From Eledone cirrhosa (taxonomy: Eukaryota): 64,000 nt of DNA. Under the pieces are notes generated by a model. The model saw only the letters and a program-made list of their open reading frames with translations. It did no database searches and had not been told where the DNA came from. A program made the position numbers and the translations under genes. Positions within the stretch are counted from its first letter, which is position 1, and each line of letters starts with the position of its first letter. Location: contig OZ024761.1 in NCBI GenBank assembly GCA_964016885.1, forward strand, positions 8,060,001 to 8,124,000, given 5' to 3'. Positions 1 to 9,500 of this stretch are shown one piece after another.

Positions 1-44
1 AAAATGATTCCTTCTGACATTTAAATCTTTTACATGGTATTATA

Positions 45-131
45 TGTTCAACCTTGCAGGATGGATAAAATGAAGTATCAGTAATGCACTGGGACAATTG
101 CTGGTCTTATGTCAAAAGTAGAAACAATTAT
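45..131 (+). mobile_element. Decayed 3' fragment of the tRNA-derived SINE (one per 6.9-kb unit)
   Basis: gataaaatgaagtatcagtaatgcactgggacaattgctggtcttatgtcaaaagtagaaacaatta matches the 3' half of the SINE copies at 33725, 34815, 48498 and 62001. Confidence 0.75.
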
Positions 132-428
132 ATTAAGGGGTTTATGTACATTAAACAATAAAATGACCACTACATTTAACGACGCGTTGATATTAATAGA
201 CATACTTAGTCTTCATAGTTTACTACCTAGTTCATTTGTGTGTGTCTGCCTTATCGCTAAAGAAAGTTTTAAATGGTATGAAAACGTGTTGAATTGAAGC
301 ATGTTTATTTATATGCTGATTGTCTTACCATGAGGGAGAGACAAATAAAGCTTTAAATGGTATGACTACGTGTTCAAATCAGGTAAGTTCCTTATAGTAT
401 GAGGATAAAAAAAAAAAAAAAATTATTG

Positions 429-500
429 TTATTATAATCTGATTCGAAAGCCAACCACTGCATTCCCTAGTTCTATGTCTTACCACTAGACTATAAAGCC
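429..500 (-). ncRNA. Degenerate tRNA-like Pol III unit (one per 6.9-kb unit)
   Basis: Minus strand reads GGCTTTA TA GTCT AGTGGTA AGAC A TAGAA CTAGGGA ATGCA GTGGT TGGCT TTCGAAT CAGAT TATAATA. Spacing is tRNA-like, the D-stem is perfect, there is an A-box (TAGTCTAGTGG) and T-loop TTCGAAT, and a long T-run follows at ~407-422. Acceptor, anticodon and T stems do not pair, so it is not a functional tRNA. Confidence 0.4.
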
Positions 501-717
501 TTCGATTACTTTTTGTTAAATATATATCTATATAAACTTATTTTCAGTCTAACAATAAAATAACTTTAAATGTGTTAATTTTCACTACTTATTTGTTGGT
601 CTGTAGGTGGCCGTGTGGGTTATAGTGCTGTATCTATGCATGCTTTATATATGTATAGATTGGAGGTAGGCTTTCAATCTTCTTTATCTAAAATTTAAAG
701 TATTTTTATTTTTTTAA

Positions 718-863
718 TTAAAAGAACGGTCTCTACCTTCTGGGCTACCGGGGCCACCTTCATCTCGAAGCCACCTTTTTAGTTCCCCCCTACGCTCGAA
801 CCTTCACTACCTAACTACACTACCTACGATACCACCACTTTACCACACGCCCACCAAGCGGCC
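718..863 (-). ncRNA. GC-rich putative Pol III transcript or SINE head (one per 6.9-kb unit)
   Basis: Starts GGCCGCTTGGTGGGCGTGTGGTAAAG (A-box-like), has GGTTCGAGC (B-box-like) and ends GACCGTTCTTTT. The 5' GGCCGCTT can pair with AGGTGGCC. Confidence 0.3.
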
Positions 864-889
864 GTAATTCTACTGTGCAAATTTGATAT

Positions 890-2630
890 ATTTAAATCTA
901 TTTTAGCATTTCTTTAATAAAGAACCACCTACGATGTTTGACATAATTGAAAAAAAAAATTACTTTATTATTTCCTAAGCTCTGGCAGGTATCGAAAACC
1001 TCATTTTAATTTCACTTATGCTAAAAACACATATATAATATTAATTATTTTCTTTATAACTTTTCAGTGACAAAATACATACATTGATAAGGTTTCCAAT
1101 CTCAGAAATATCACCACGAGAGATGTGTTTGTGTATCTTTATTATTTATTTGAAAAGTAGTTTTAATTTTTTAAAATATGTATTTCACTATTTCCAAGGT
1201 CCTAGTAGATATTGCATCTTCATCTGTAGATTCATTTAAGTACATAGTATTTGACTTAGGTGAAAAGGATGTAATTATTTTTAAAATTTTCTTTTCAAGT
1301 ACCAAAATAAAAATACATTAGTAAGGATTTCAGTCTCATGAATTCGTGGTTGTTATAGACACTTAACTATTGTTGTAGGGGTGCCATAATTACCGCCATG
1401 TGGGCATGCATTTAAACCTGACTGAGTCAATCCTCGTCTCCTCCTGGTCTAAAAACAGCCGATTTATTTTTCCAGAGAGAAAGAAAGATACTTTTCTTGT
1501 CTATAAACGTTAATTTTGAACAAACGTTTTTCTATCTACCTGTCACCCGAAGAAAGACATGCTCGAATTATTAGTAAGTGTCATAAGAAAGGTTTGTAGA
1601 TCTAAGTAACCTAACAAATAGATTTCACATTTATTGGCAATTAAACAAAACATAAAAATAAGCAATACTAAAGCCACAAACGTTTTCTATCTACGTCTCT
1701 CCTGAAGAAAATAACGCTCGAATTATTACGAGAAGTGTAAATAGATAAATAAAGCAAATGAACCATTAATTCATGTATATGCATGTATGTAGTGTGTGTA
1801 AACATACTCTAGCACAGACGGAGTCTATCATTACCGCTTAAGAAACAAATTTTGGCATAATACTTACTAAATCTATTTTAGCAGTTCTTTAATAAACAAG
1901 AACATACGATGCTTGACATAATTGAAAACAAAAAATTTTACTATTTCATTAGCTCTGGCAGGTATCAAAAACCCTATATATAGATTCATTTTAATTTCAC
2001 TTGCGTGAAAAACGTACATTATTTTTTGATAATTTTTCAGTTACAAAATACATACATCGATAGGGTTTCGAATCTCAGAAATATTTCCACTAGAGATGTG
2101 GGTATTTCTCTTTATTATTCCTTTGAAAATGTGTTTTAGTCCTGGCAGATATCAACATCCCATCTATAGATTCATTTAAATATATTTTATTTAACTTACG
2201 TGAATTTGAAAACGATATAATTATTTTTAAAATGTTGTTTTCCACTATGTGTGCCTTTAAACCTTCTGAGTCAATTCTCCCCTCCTCCTGATCCTAAAAC
2301 AGCCAATTTATTTTTCCAGAGCGAAAGAGAGATACATTTATTATGTCTTTAAACGTTAATTTTGCACATGACTTATAATTCCTTTTCCTTCTCTTTAGAT
2401 TGAATAAACAAACACATTTTCCGTCTACAATTATATTCACAGTCAAGTTTTTGCTACATCTGATTCAAGCTGTTATGGATTTGGGAGGATCGTTATCCCA
2501 AAGTAAAATCTCCAGCTAAGAATTTATTCCGTAGTAAGTCTCATAAGAAAGGTTTGTAGGTATAAGCAACCTAACATATAGATTTCAAATTTATCGGCAG
2601 CTAAACAAGACTTTAAAATAAGCAATAATG
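890..2630. repeat. Older internal direct duplication within the unit (~890-1670 vs ~1868-2630)
   Basis: Shared diverged blocks in the same order: taaatctattttagca, acgatg.ttgacataattgaaaa, agctctggcaggtatc, aatctcagaaatat, tgagtcaat, cataagaaaggtttgtag. Confidence 0.85.
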
Positions 2631-2689
2631 AAGAAAATTCCGAGCAACATTAGATAAATCTTACTTCCATATTAGCTTTTGTCAATTCA

Positions 2690-3231
2690 GTAGACCCCTC
2701 AACTTTATTAATAATCAAAAATCAAGGCCACTTATTGACACTGGACCAGACAAAACATTCATTTAACAAGAAGTCATGGTTTCTAAATGAGAGAATGTTT
2801 CTTTAACAAACACAAGTAGAAGGGATATTCACAGTGCATAGAAGTAGGAAATAACTTCTATCAAATAGATGTTCTAGTGGCCAAGAACTTAGTAGCTCCA
2901 GTTCTAATTGTGTTAGAAGTATTTTTTAAATGAAATTAAACTTAAAGGTATACTAAACCCACAAACGTTTATATTTATATAGGTCTTACCTAAATTTAAA
3001 AAAAAAAAACGTACAAATTATTACGAGGAGGGTAAACATGAATTCATGCTAATAAATGTACCACCAAAAAGGCTGCCTCAAGATTTGCTCTTGCTCTCAG
3101 AAGAAATCGAACTTATGCTTACGTCTACGACATAATTATGGCTGGAGAGGACACTCACTGAACATGACGAATCTACTGGAGATAGAAGACAACAGAAACA
3201 ACCTGCCTACCTGAAATATTATATGTTATGA
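2690..3231 (+). pseudogene. Heavily deleted Gypsy-type LTR retrotransposon pol fossil (protease, RT motif, integrase tail); one per unit
   Basis: LIDTGPDKTFI at 2731 (retropepsin D-T-G site). IEVGNNFYQIDVLVAKNLVAPVLIVLE at 2838-2920 (protease C-terminal half). TYAYVYDIIMAG then RTLTEHDE at 3111-3171 (degenerate YVDD RT motif). STGDRRQQKQPAYLKYYML* at 3172-3231 (typical pol C-terminus). Contains stops and frameshifts. Confidence 0.7.
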
Positions 3232-3499
3232 TATTAAATATATTTCTTGTACTGTCATGTTTTTCCTTTAAAACGCTTGAATCTGAATAAAGTCTAGGAA
3301 ACTATTATATACTTTTGTTATATGATTATACTTAATTCTTTAACTTGACTTATTATTTCTAACTTTTATTATAAGGAATACAAACTTAATAAAATCCTAT
3401 ATCTGTATAAATATAATTGTCTGTGTGAAAGTAAATAATATGTATTTTGACAACGAGTTGTAAAAAGCAAGCTCGTCAATCTAGAACAGTTCTACACTA

Positions 3500-3750
3500 A
3501 CACAGACGGCAAAAGAAAAAAATAACCATTACCTCTTACAAACGAATACCAAATTGAATATGTTTCCGAAATACCGGTGTAACACTAAATATATTACCGG
3601 GGCAACTAATTCAGTTTACCCTTTTATAAATCACTCCAGTCATTTCAAATCCTGGTCAGACTGCCGGGAATAAGAAAAAAAGTAAACCGTTTTCCGAAGT
3701 TTCTAAATCTTCTAAAAATAGTAGCCAAATCTCTCACTGTCTCCAATGTA
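3500..3750 (+). promoter_or_regulatory. Twin-ACCGGTG module A
   Basis: acagacg..cattacctct..ACCGGTG(3573)taacactaaatatattACCGGGG(3596)..ttttataaa..ccagtcatttcaaatc. Homologous to modules B, C and D; promoter role is inferred. Confidence 0.35.
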
Positions 3751-4069
3751 TAATAAACTGTGACATTCACGGAACATGACGAATCTACTACAGATAGAAG
3801 ACAAGAGAAACGACCATCCTGCCTGAAATATTATCTGTTACGATATTAAATATATTTCTTCTGCTATCATGATTTTTTCTTTAAAACTTTGGAATCTCAA
3901 TAACGTGGAGAAAACTATTATATACTATTGTTATATAATTATACGTTAGTTTTAACTTCACTTATTATTTCTAACTCTTCTCATTAGATAGAATACAAAG
4001 TTAATAATAAAATCCTATATGTGTATAGATATAATGTGTGTGAAAGTATGGTAATAAGCTACAGTTATA

Positions 4070-4320
4070 CACTAACTCAGACGACATAAGAAACATTACC
4101 TCTAACGAACGAATGCGAGACAGATTATGTCTCGGATATACCGGTGTAAAACTAAAAATGTTACCGGTGCAACAGTTTCAGTTTACCCTTTTATAGACAC
4201 ACTCCAGTCATTTCAAATCGTGTTCAGAGTACCGAGAATAAAAAAAAAAATAAAACCATTTGCCGAAGTATCTAAATCTACTAAAAGTAGCAGCCAAATC
4301 TCTCACTCTGTCTCCAATGA
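4070..4320 (+). promoter_or_regulatory. Twin-ACCGGTG module B
   Basis: ACCGGTG at 4140 and 4163 (23-bp spacing), upstream cattacctct, downstream ccagtcatttcaaatc. Confidence 0.35.
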
Positions 4321-4444
4321 GTAGTAAACGGTTACTCATATATACATAGAGAGACAGATGTGTTGGTATATATTAGTGTATATATATTGGTATTTATATA
4401 AATTTGCGTGTAATTAAATGTATATTAGTCCATATATTCATATA

Positions 4445-4636
4445 CAGTTATTCCCCGGTATTTGCGCGTGATACGGTCCTAGAGGACCCGAGTATATTGA
4501 AAAAGCGCGAACATTGGAAGTGGTCCATAGAAATGCCTATAAACCACAAAATGTAACGTAAAATATAATAGAAATAGAGGAGCGCCTTATGAGAAGGGGT
4601 GTCCAATAGACCGGCAAATACGATGTATTGTTGTTA
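4445..4636. mobile_element. Degenerate Tc1/mariner-pogo (Tigger-like) MITE; one per unit
   Basis: Left end TA|CAGTTATTCCCCGGTATTTGCGCGTGATACGGTCC resembles Tigger/MER2-type termini. The right end carries the inverted GCAAATAC at the same distance from a TA. Confidence 0.45.
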
Positions 4637-5141
4637 ATAATTTAGCTTTAAAACAATATATATTGTCATGAAATATATATATTGCTTTCACTGCTCTTTC
4701 TAGCATACAGTAGAAAATAATCGGAAGTGGAGAAAATTGAAAAACTTCTTCTTTTTTCCTCCTCTAACTTTTCAAAACAAAAGAAAATTTTATGTAAACA
4801 AAAACGAAATTTTTGCCACGAATGATAACTCGTCTCTGACTTAAATCCAATTTTTGGATAAAAAAAAATACTTGTGTGCAGTTTTCATGTACACACTTGT
4901 TATTACTAGCTAGTCCTTCTTATTTTGTTTTGTTTTGGGGTCTTTCACTCCTATTGTCCGACCTTTTTCTGTTGTTCTCTATGCATGTATGAATAAATAT
5001 ATATCTATATATGTACATATATATGCATACATTTTAATCTGTTCTTACTATAAATATTTGTTCTAGGGTATTTTATATATATATATTTTATATATACATA
5101 AAATCCTTATCGAGCTCTCTTTGGATTTTAGTTTTCACATT

Positions 5142-5191
<50 letters not shown>

Positions 5192-5459
5192 TTTATATAT
5201 GTATATGCTGATGTAAACATTTAAATATGTTTATATTTATGGATAAGTATGTATATATAGATACGTGTGTTTATATATATGTATACATACATACATATAT
5301 AATATATATGTGTGTGTGTGTGTGCATATATAAACACACACCCATACACATATATATATATATTTCTTTACACACTATTAATATATTGAGTAAATTTTAT
5401 TCACTGTCCCCCCCCCCTCCCTACAGGGTAAGTCGCAGCTACTTGCATCTATTACCCTG

Positions 5460-5700
5460 AGGAACCGATTTGACTGCTGTGTCTAGCAGGTTTAGAGTCT
5501 ACTATTTTCCAAACATTTTTCTTCTACAACCTCCACTATGAACTCGAATTCAAATTACCGGGCAGTCGGTTGATAGTGGTAAACTAATATATCTACACCG
5601 GTAACTTAATTAGTGTTACACCGCTATTGCTCAAGTATAATCTATTTGGCATTCTTTAACGAAAGGTAGTTTGTTATGTCGTCTTAAATAGAGTATGTTT
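5460..5700 (-). promoter_or_regulatory. Twin-ACCGGTG module C (inverted)
   Basis: Minus strand AGCGGTGtaacactaattaagttACCGGTG (5625-5596, 23-bp spacing). Downstream tctaaacctgcta..gcagtcaaatc aligns with tctaaatctacta..gcagccaaatc of module B. Confidence 0.35.
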
Positions 5701-5962
5701 ACATACACGTATTTCTAAACAGTTTGACATTTATTCATAAGAGGTAATGGTTTCATTTAAACCCCGTCTCTTTTAGAATATATATACTCACAACACATCC
5801 AGAAATTAATAATTTTCTTAATAATATGATATTAACGTTTTTTAACGAAAAAGCTCATTGTATGTGTAGTTATACATGCATTGAATTTAATGTAAACACG
5901 CCGTTTGTGGCACAAATATTAATTATATTATTTTACATACACATCCGTTATACAAAAAAATA

Positions 5963-6001
<39 letters not shown>

Positions 6002-6273
6002 TTCATTCTTTGTGTAACTAGAGTTACAGGCGATTCGCCCCTCCTCCAAGCCCTTGATACTGTGACAAGACGGTTTCAGTTAGGTTTTATTCCAGAATTA
6101 AAGCAACTGTACATTGTGAATAAAAGTAAGACCCAAAAGACTGCTACAGCATACATATTAACTTTATTGGCATATTAGAATTGTTTCAATATCGATATCT
6201 TTGGGTATAATCATATATATATATAGAAAGAGATAAATAGATGGATAGTGTGTGTGTATCTTTTATTTTGAAC

Positions 6274-6342
6274 GTGAAATCAATATACAAGCTGTGTGAA
6301 ATCAATATGCAAGCTGTGTCAAATCAATATGCAAGCTGTGTC
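6274..6342. repeat. 22-bp minisatellite (aaatcaatatgcaagctgtgtg) x3; only x2 in unit 2
   Basis: Read directly; unit 2 at ~13192-13238 lacks one copy. Confidence 0.9.
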
Positions 6343-6364
6343 TTCATTTTAAAGTGACATTTCT

Positions 6365-6512
6365 ACCTCCCGGTGATTTGAACTCAGTTTCAAGTTACTC
6401 GATGATATAATGAAGCGGAGAGACTATAAAAACGCTACACCGGTGGCATATTTAGTTTACACCGGTACGAGGTGCATGCAAGAGGTAATGTTTTATTTGT
6501 CTTCTGTGTTAC
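6365..6512 (-). promoter_or_regulatory. Twin-ACCGGTG module D (inverted)
   Basis: Minus strand acacagaag..cattacctct..ACCGGTGtaaactaaatatgccACCGGTG (6466-6438, 22-bp spacing)..ttttatag..gagtaacttgaaactgagttcaaatc. Confidence 0.35.
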
Positions 6513-9500
6513 AGGATAACACTAGTTTAATTTATACTACATGTTTGTAATATATATTGTCAACATAGCTATGATTTCATCTCGATTAGTAATTTCAACT
6601 CTTCGGAGGTTACTGCTCACATTTCATCTCTTCCACTAAGACACTCTCCACAACCTTTCCTCTCCTCGTATCATCACCCAATGTTGTGTCAATCTCCACA
6701 AAGCGAAAGTTTCTCATGTCTAACCCTTCTTGTCGAGAATGTCGGCTCCATGGAACTCCCTGTTTACTTCTTTCTGTAAAAAACAATGTTTGCAATAGTT
6801 TAAGTACATTGAACTTAGTTTACGTTTTTCTATAATAAAAAAAACCCCACCTCAAGCAAGTGTTTCGACCACAAGTGTGTGTGCAGAATAAACGCAAGGT
6901 TTGACGGAACAAGAAAATAAAAATGATTCCTTCTGACATTTAAATCTTTTACATGGTATTATATGTTCAACCTTGCAGGATGGATAAAATGAAGTATCAG
7001 TAATGCACTGGGACAATTGCTGGTCTTATGTCAAAAGTAGAAACAATTATATTAAGGGGTTTATGTACATTAAACAATAAAATGACCACTACATTTAACG
7101 ACGCGTTGATATTAATAGACATACTTAGTCTTCATAGTTTACTACCTAGTTCATTTGTGTGTGTCTGCCTTATCGCTAAAGAAAGTTTTAAATGGTATGA
7201 AAACGTGTTGAATTGAAGCATGTTTATTTATATGCTGATTGTCTTACCATGAGGGAGAGACAAATAAAGCTTTAAATGGTATGACTACGTGTTCAAATCA
7301 GGTAAGTTCCTTATAGTATGAGGATAAAAAAAAAAAAAAATTATTGTTATTATAATCTGATTCGAAAGCCAACCACTGCATTCCCTAGTTCTATGTCTTA
7401 CCACTAGACTATAAAGCCTTCGATTACTTTTTGTTAAATATATATCTATATAAACTTATTTTCAGTCTAACAATAAAATAACTTTAAATGTGTTAATTTT
7501 CACTACTTATTTGTTGGTCTGTAGGTGGCCGTGTGGGTTATAGTGCTGTATCTATGCATGCTTTATATATGTATAGATTGGAGGTAGGCTTTCAATCTTC
7601 TTTATCTAAAATTTAAAGTATTTTTATTTTTTTAATTAAAAGAACGGTCTCTACCTTCTGGGCTACCGGGGCCACCTTCATCTCGAAGCCACCTTTTTAG
7701 TTCCCCCCTACGCTCGAACCTTCACTACCTAACTACACTACCTACGATACCACCACTTTACCACACGCCCACCAAGCGGCCGTAATTCTACTGTGCAAAT
7801 TTGATATATTTAAATCTACTTTAGCATTTCTTTAATAAAGAACCACCTACGATGTTTGACATAATTGAAAAAAAAAATTACTTTATTATTTCCTAAGCTC
7901 TGGCAGGTATCGAAAACCTCATTTTAATTTCACTTATGCTAAAAACACATATATAATATTAATTATTTTCTTTATAACTTTTCAGTGACAAAATACATAC
8001 ATTGATAAGGTTTCCAATCTCAGAAATATCACCACGAGAGATGTGTTTGTGTATCTTTATTATTTATTTGAAAAGTAGTTTTAATTTTTTAAAATATATA
8101 TTTCACTATTTCCAAGGTCCTAGTAGATATTGCATCTTCATCTGTAGATTCATTTAAGTACATAGTATTTGACTTAGGTGAAAAGGATGTAATTATTTTT
8201 AAAATTTTCTTTTCAAGTACCAAAATAAAAATACATTAGTAAGGATTTCAGTCTCATGAATTCGTGGTTGTTATAGACACTTAACTATTGTTGTAGGGCT
8301 GCCATAATTACCGCCATGTGGGCATGCATTTAAACCTGACTGAGTCAATCCTCGTCTCCTCCTGGTCTAAAAACAGCCGATTTATTTTTCCAGAGAGAAA
8401 GAAAGATACTTTTCTTGTCTATAAACGTTAATTTTGAACAAACGTTTTTCTATCTACCTGTCACCCGAAGAAAGACATGCTCGAATTATTAGTAAGTGTC
8501 ATAAGAAAGGTTTGTAGATCTAAGTAACCTAACAAATAGATTTCACATTTATTGGCAATTAAACAAAACATAAAAATAAGCAATACTAAAGCCACAAACG
8601 TTTTCTATCTACGTCTCTCCTGAAGAAAATAACGCTCGAATTATTACGAGAAGTGTAAATAGATAAATAAAGCAAATGAACCATTAATTCATGTATATGC
8701 ATGTATGTAGTGTGTGTAAACATACTCTAGCACAGACGGAGTCTATCATTACCGCTTAAGAAACAAATTTTGGCATAATACTTACTAAATCTATTTTAGC
8801 AGTTCTTTAATAAACAAGAACATACGATGCTTGACATAATTGAAAACAAAAAATTTTACTATTTCATTAGCTCTGGCAGGTATCAAAAACCCTATATATA
8901 GATTCATTTTAATTTCACTTGCGTGAAAAACGTACATTATTTTTTGATAATTTTTCAGTTACAAAATACATACATCGATAGGGTTTCGAATCTCAGAAAT
9001 ATTTCCACTAGAGATGTGGGTATTTCTCTTTATTATTCCTTTGAAAATGTGTTTTAGTCCTGGCAGATATCAACATCCCATCTATAGATTCATTTAAATA
9101 TATTTTATTTAACTTACGTGAATTTGAAAACGATATAATTATTTTTAAAATGTTGTTTTCCACTATGTGTGCCTTTAAACCTTCTGAGTCAATTCTCCCC
9201 TCCTCCTGATCCTAAAACAGCCAATTTATTTTTCCAGAGCGAAAGAGAGATACATTTATTATGTCTTTAAACGTTAATTTTGCACATGACTTATAATTCC
9301 TTTTCCTTCTCTTTAGATTGAATAAACAAACACATTTTCCGTCTACAATTATATTCACAGTCAAGTTTTTGCTACATCTGATTCAAGCTGTTATGGATTT
9401 GGGAGGATCGTTATCCCAAAGTAAAATCTCCAGCTAAGAATTTATTCCGTAGTAAGTCTCATAAGAAAGGTTTGTAGGTATAAGCAACCTAACATATAGA

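Larger units (their letters stand above)
3155..4320 (+). repeat. Second internal direct duplication (~600 bp x2): pol tail plus possible LTR-derived sequence
   Basis: gaacatgacgaatctact...tctccaatg occurs at ~3160-3748 and ~3772-4319. A purine-rich stretch then TATTATATA could be a decayed PPT/LTR start (inference). Confidence 0.8.

Noticed and set aside
109-297. 62-aa ORF repeated in every 6.9-kb unit (likewise 4127-4324, 5227-5460, 5826-6178)
   Set aside because: Begin in a SINE tail or microsatellite; identity reflects recent duplication, and frames break between copies.
2443-2533. Exon-like segment between ttcacAG and GTAAGT, with a TTTGGGA/TCCCAAA hairpin
   Set aside because: All three frames contain stops; hairpin too short and irregular for a miRNA call.
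1-6919. rDNA, 5S, spliceosomal snRNA, SL RNA or histone genes as the array payload
   Set aside because: No recognisable sequence, Sm site or histone ORF found by eye; an Rfam scan is still advisable.
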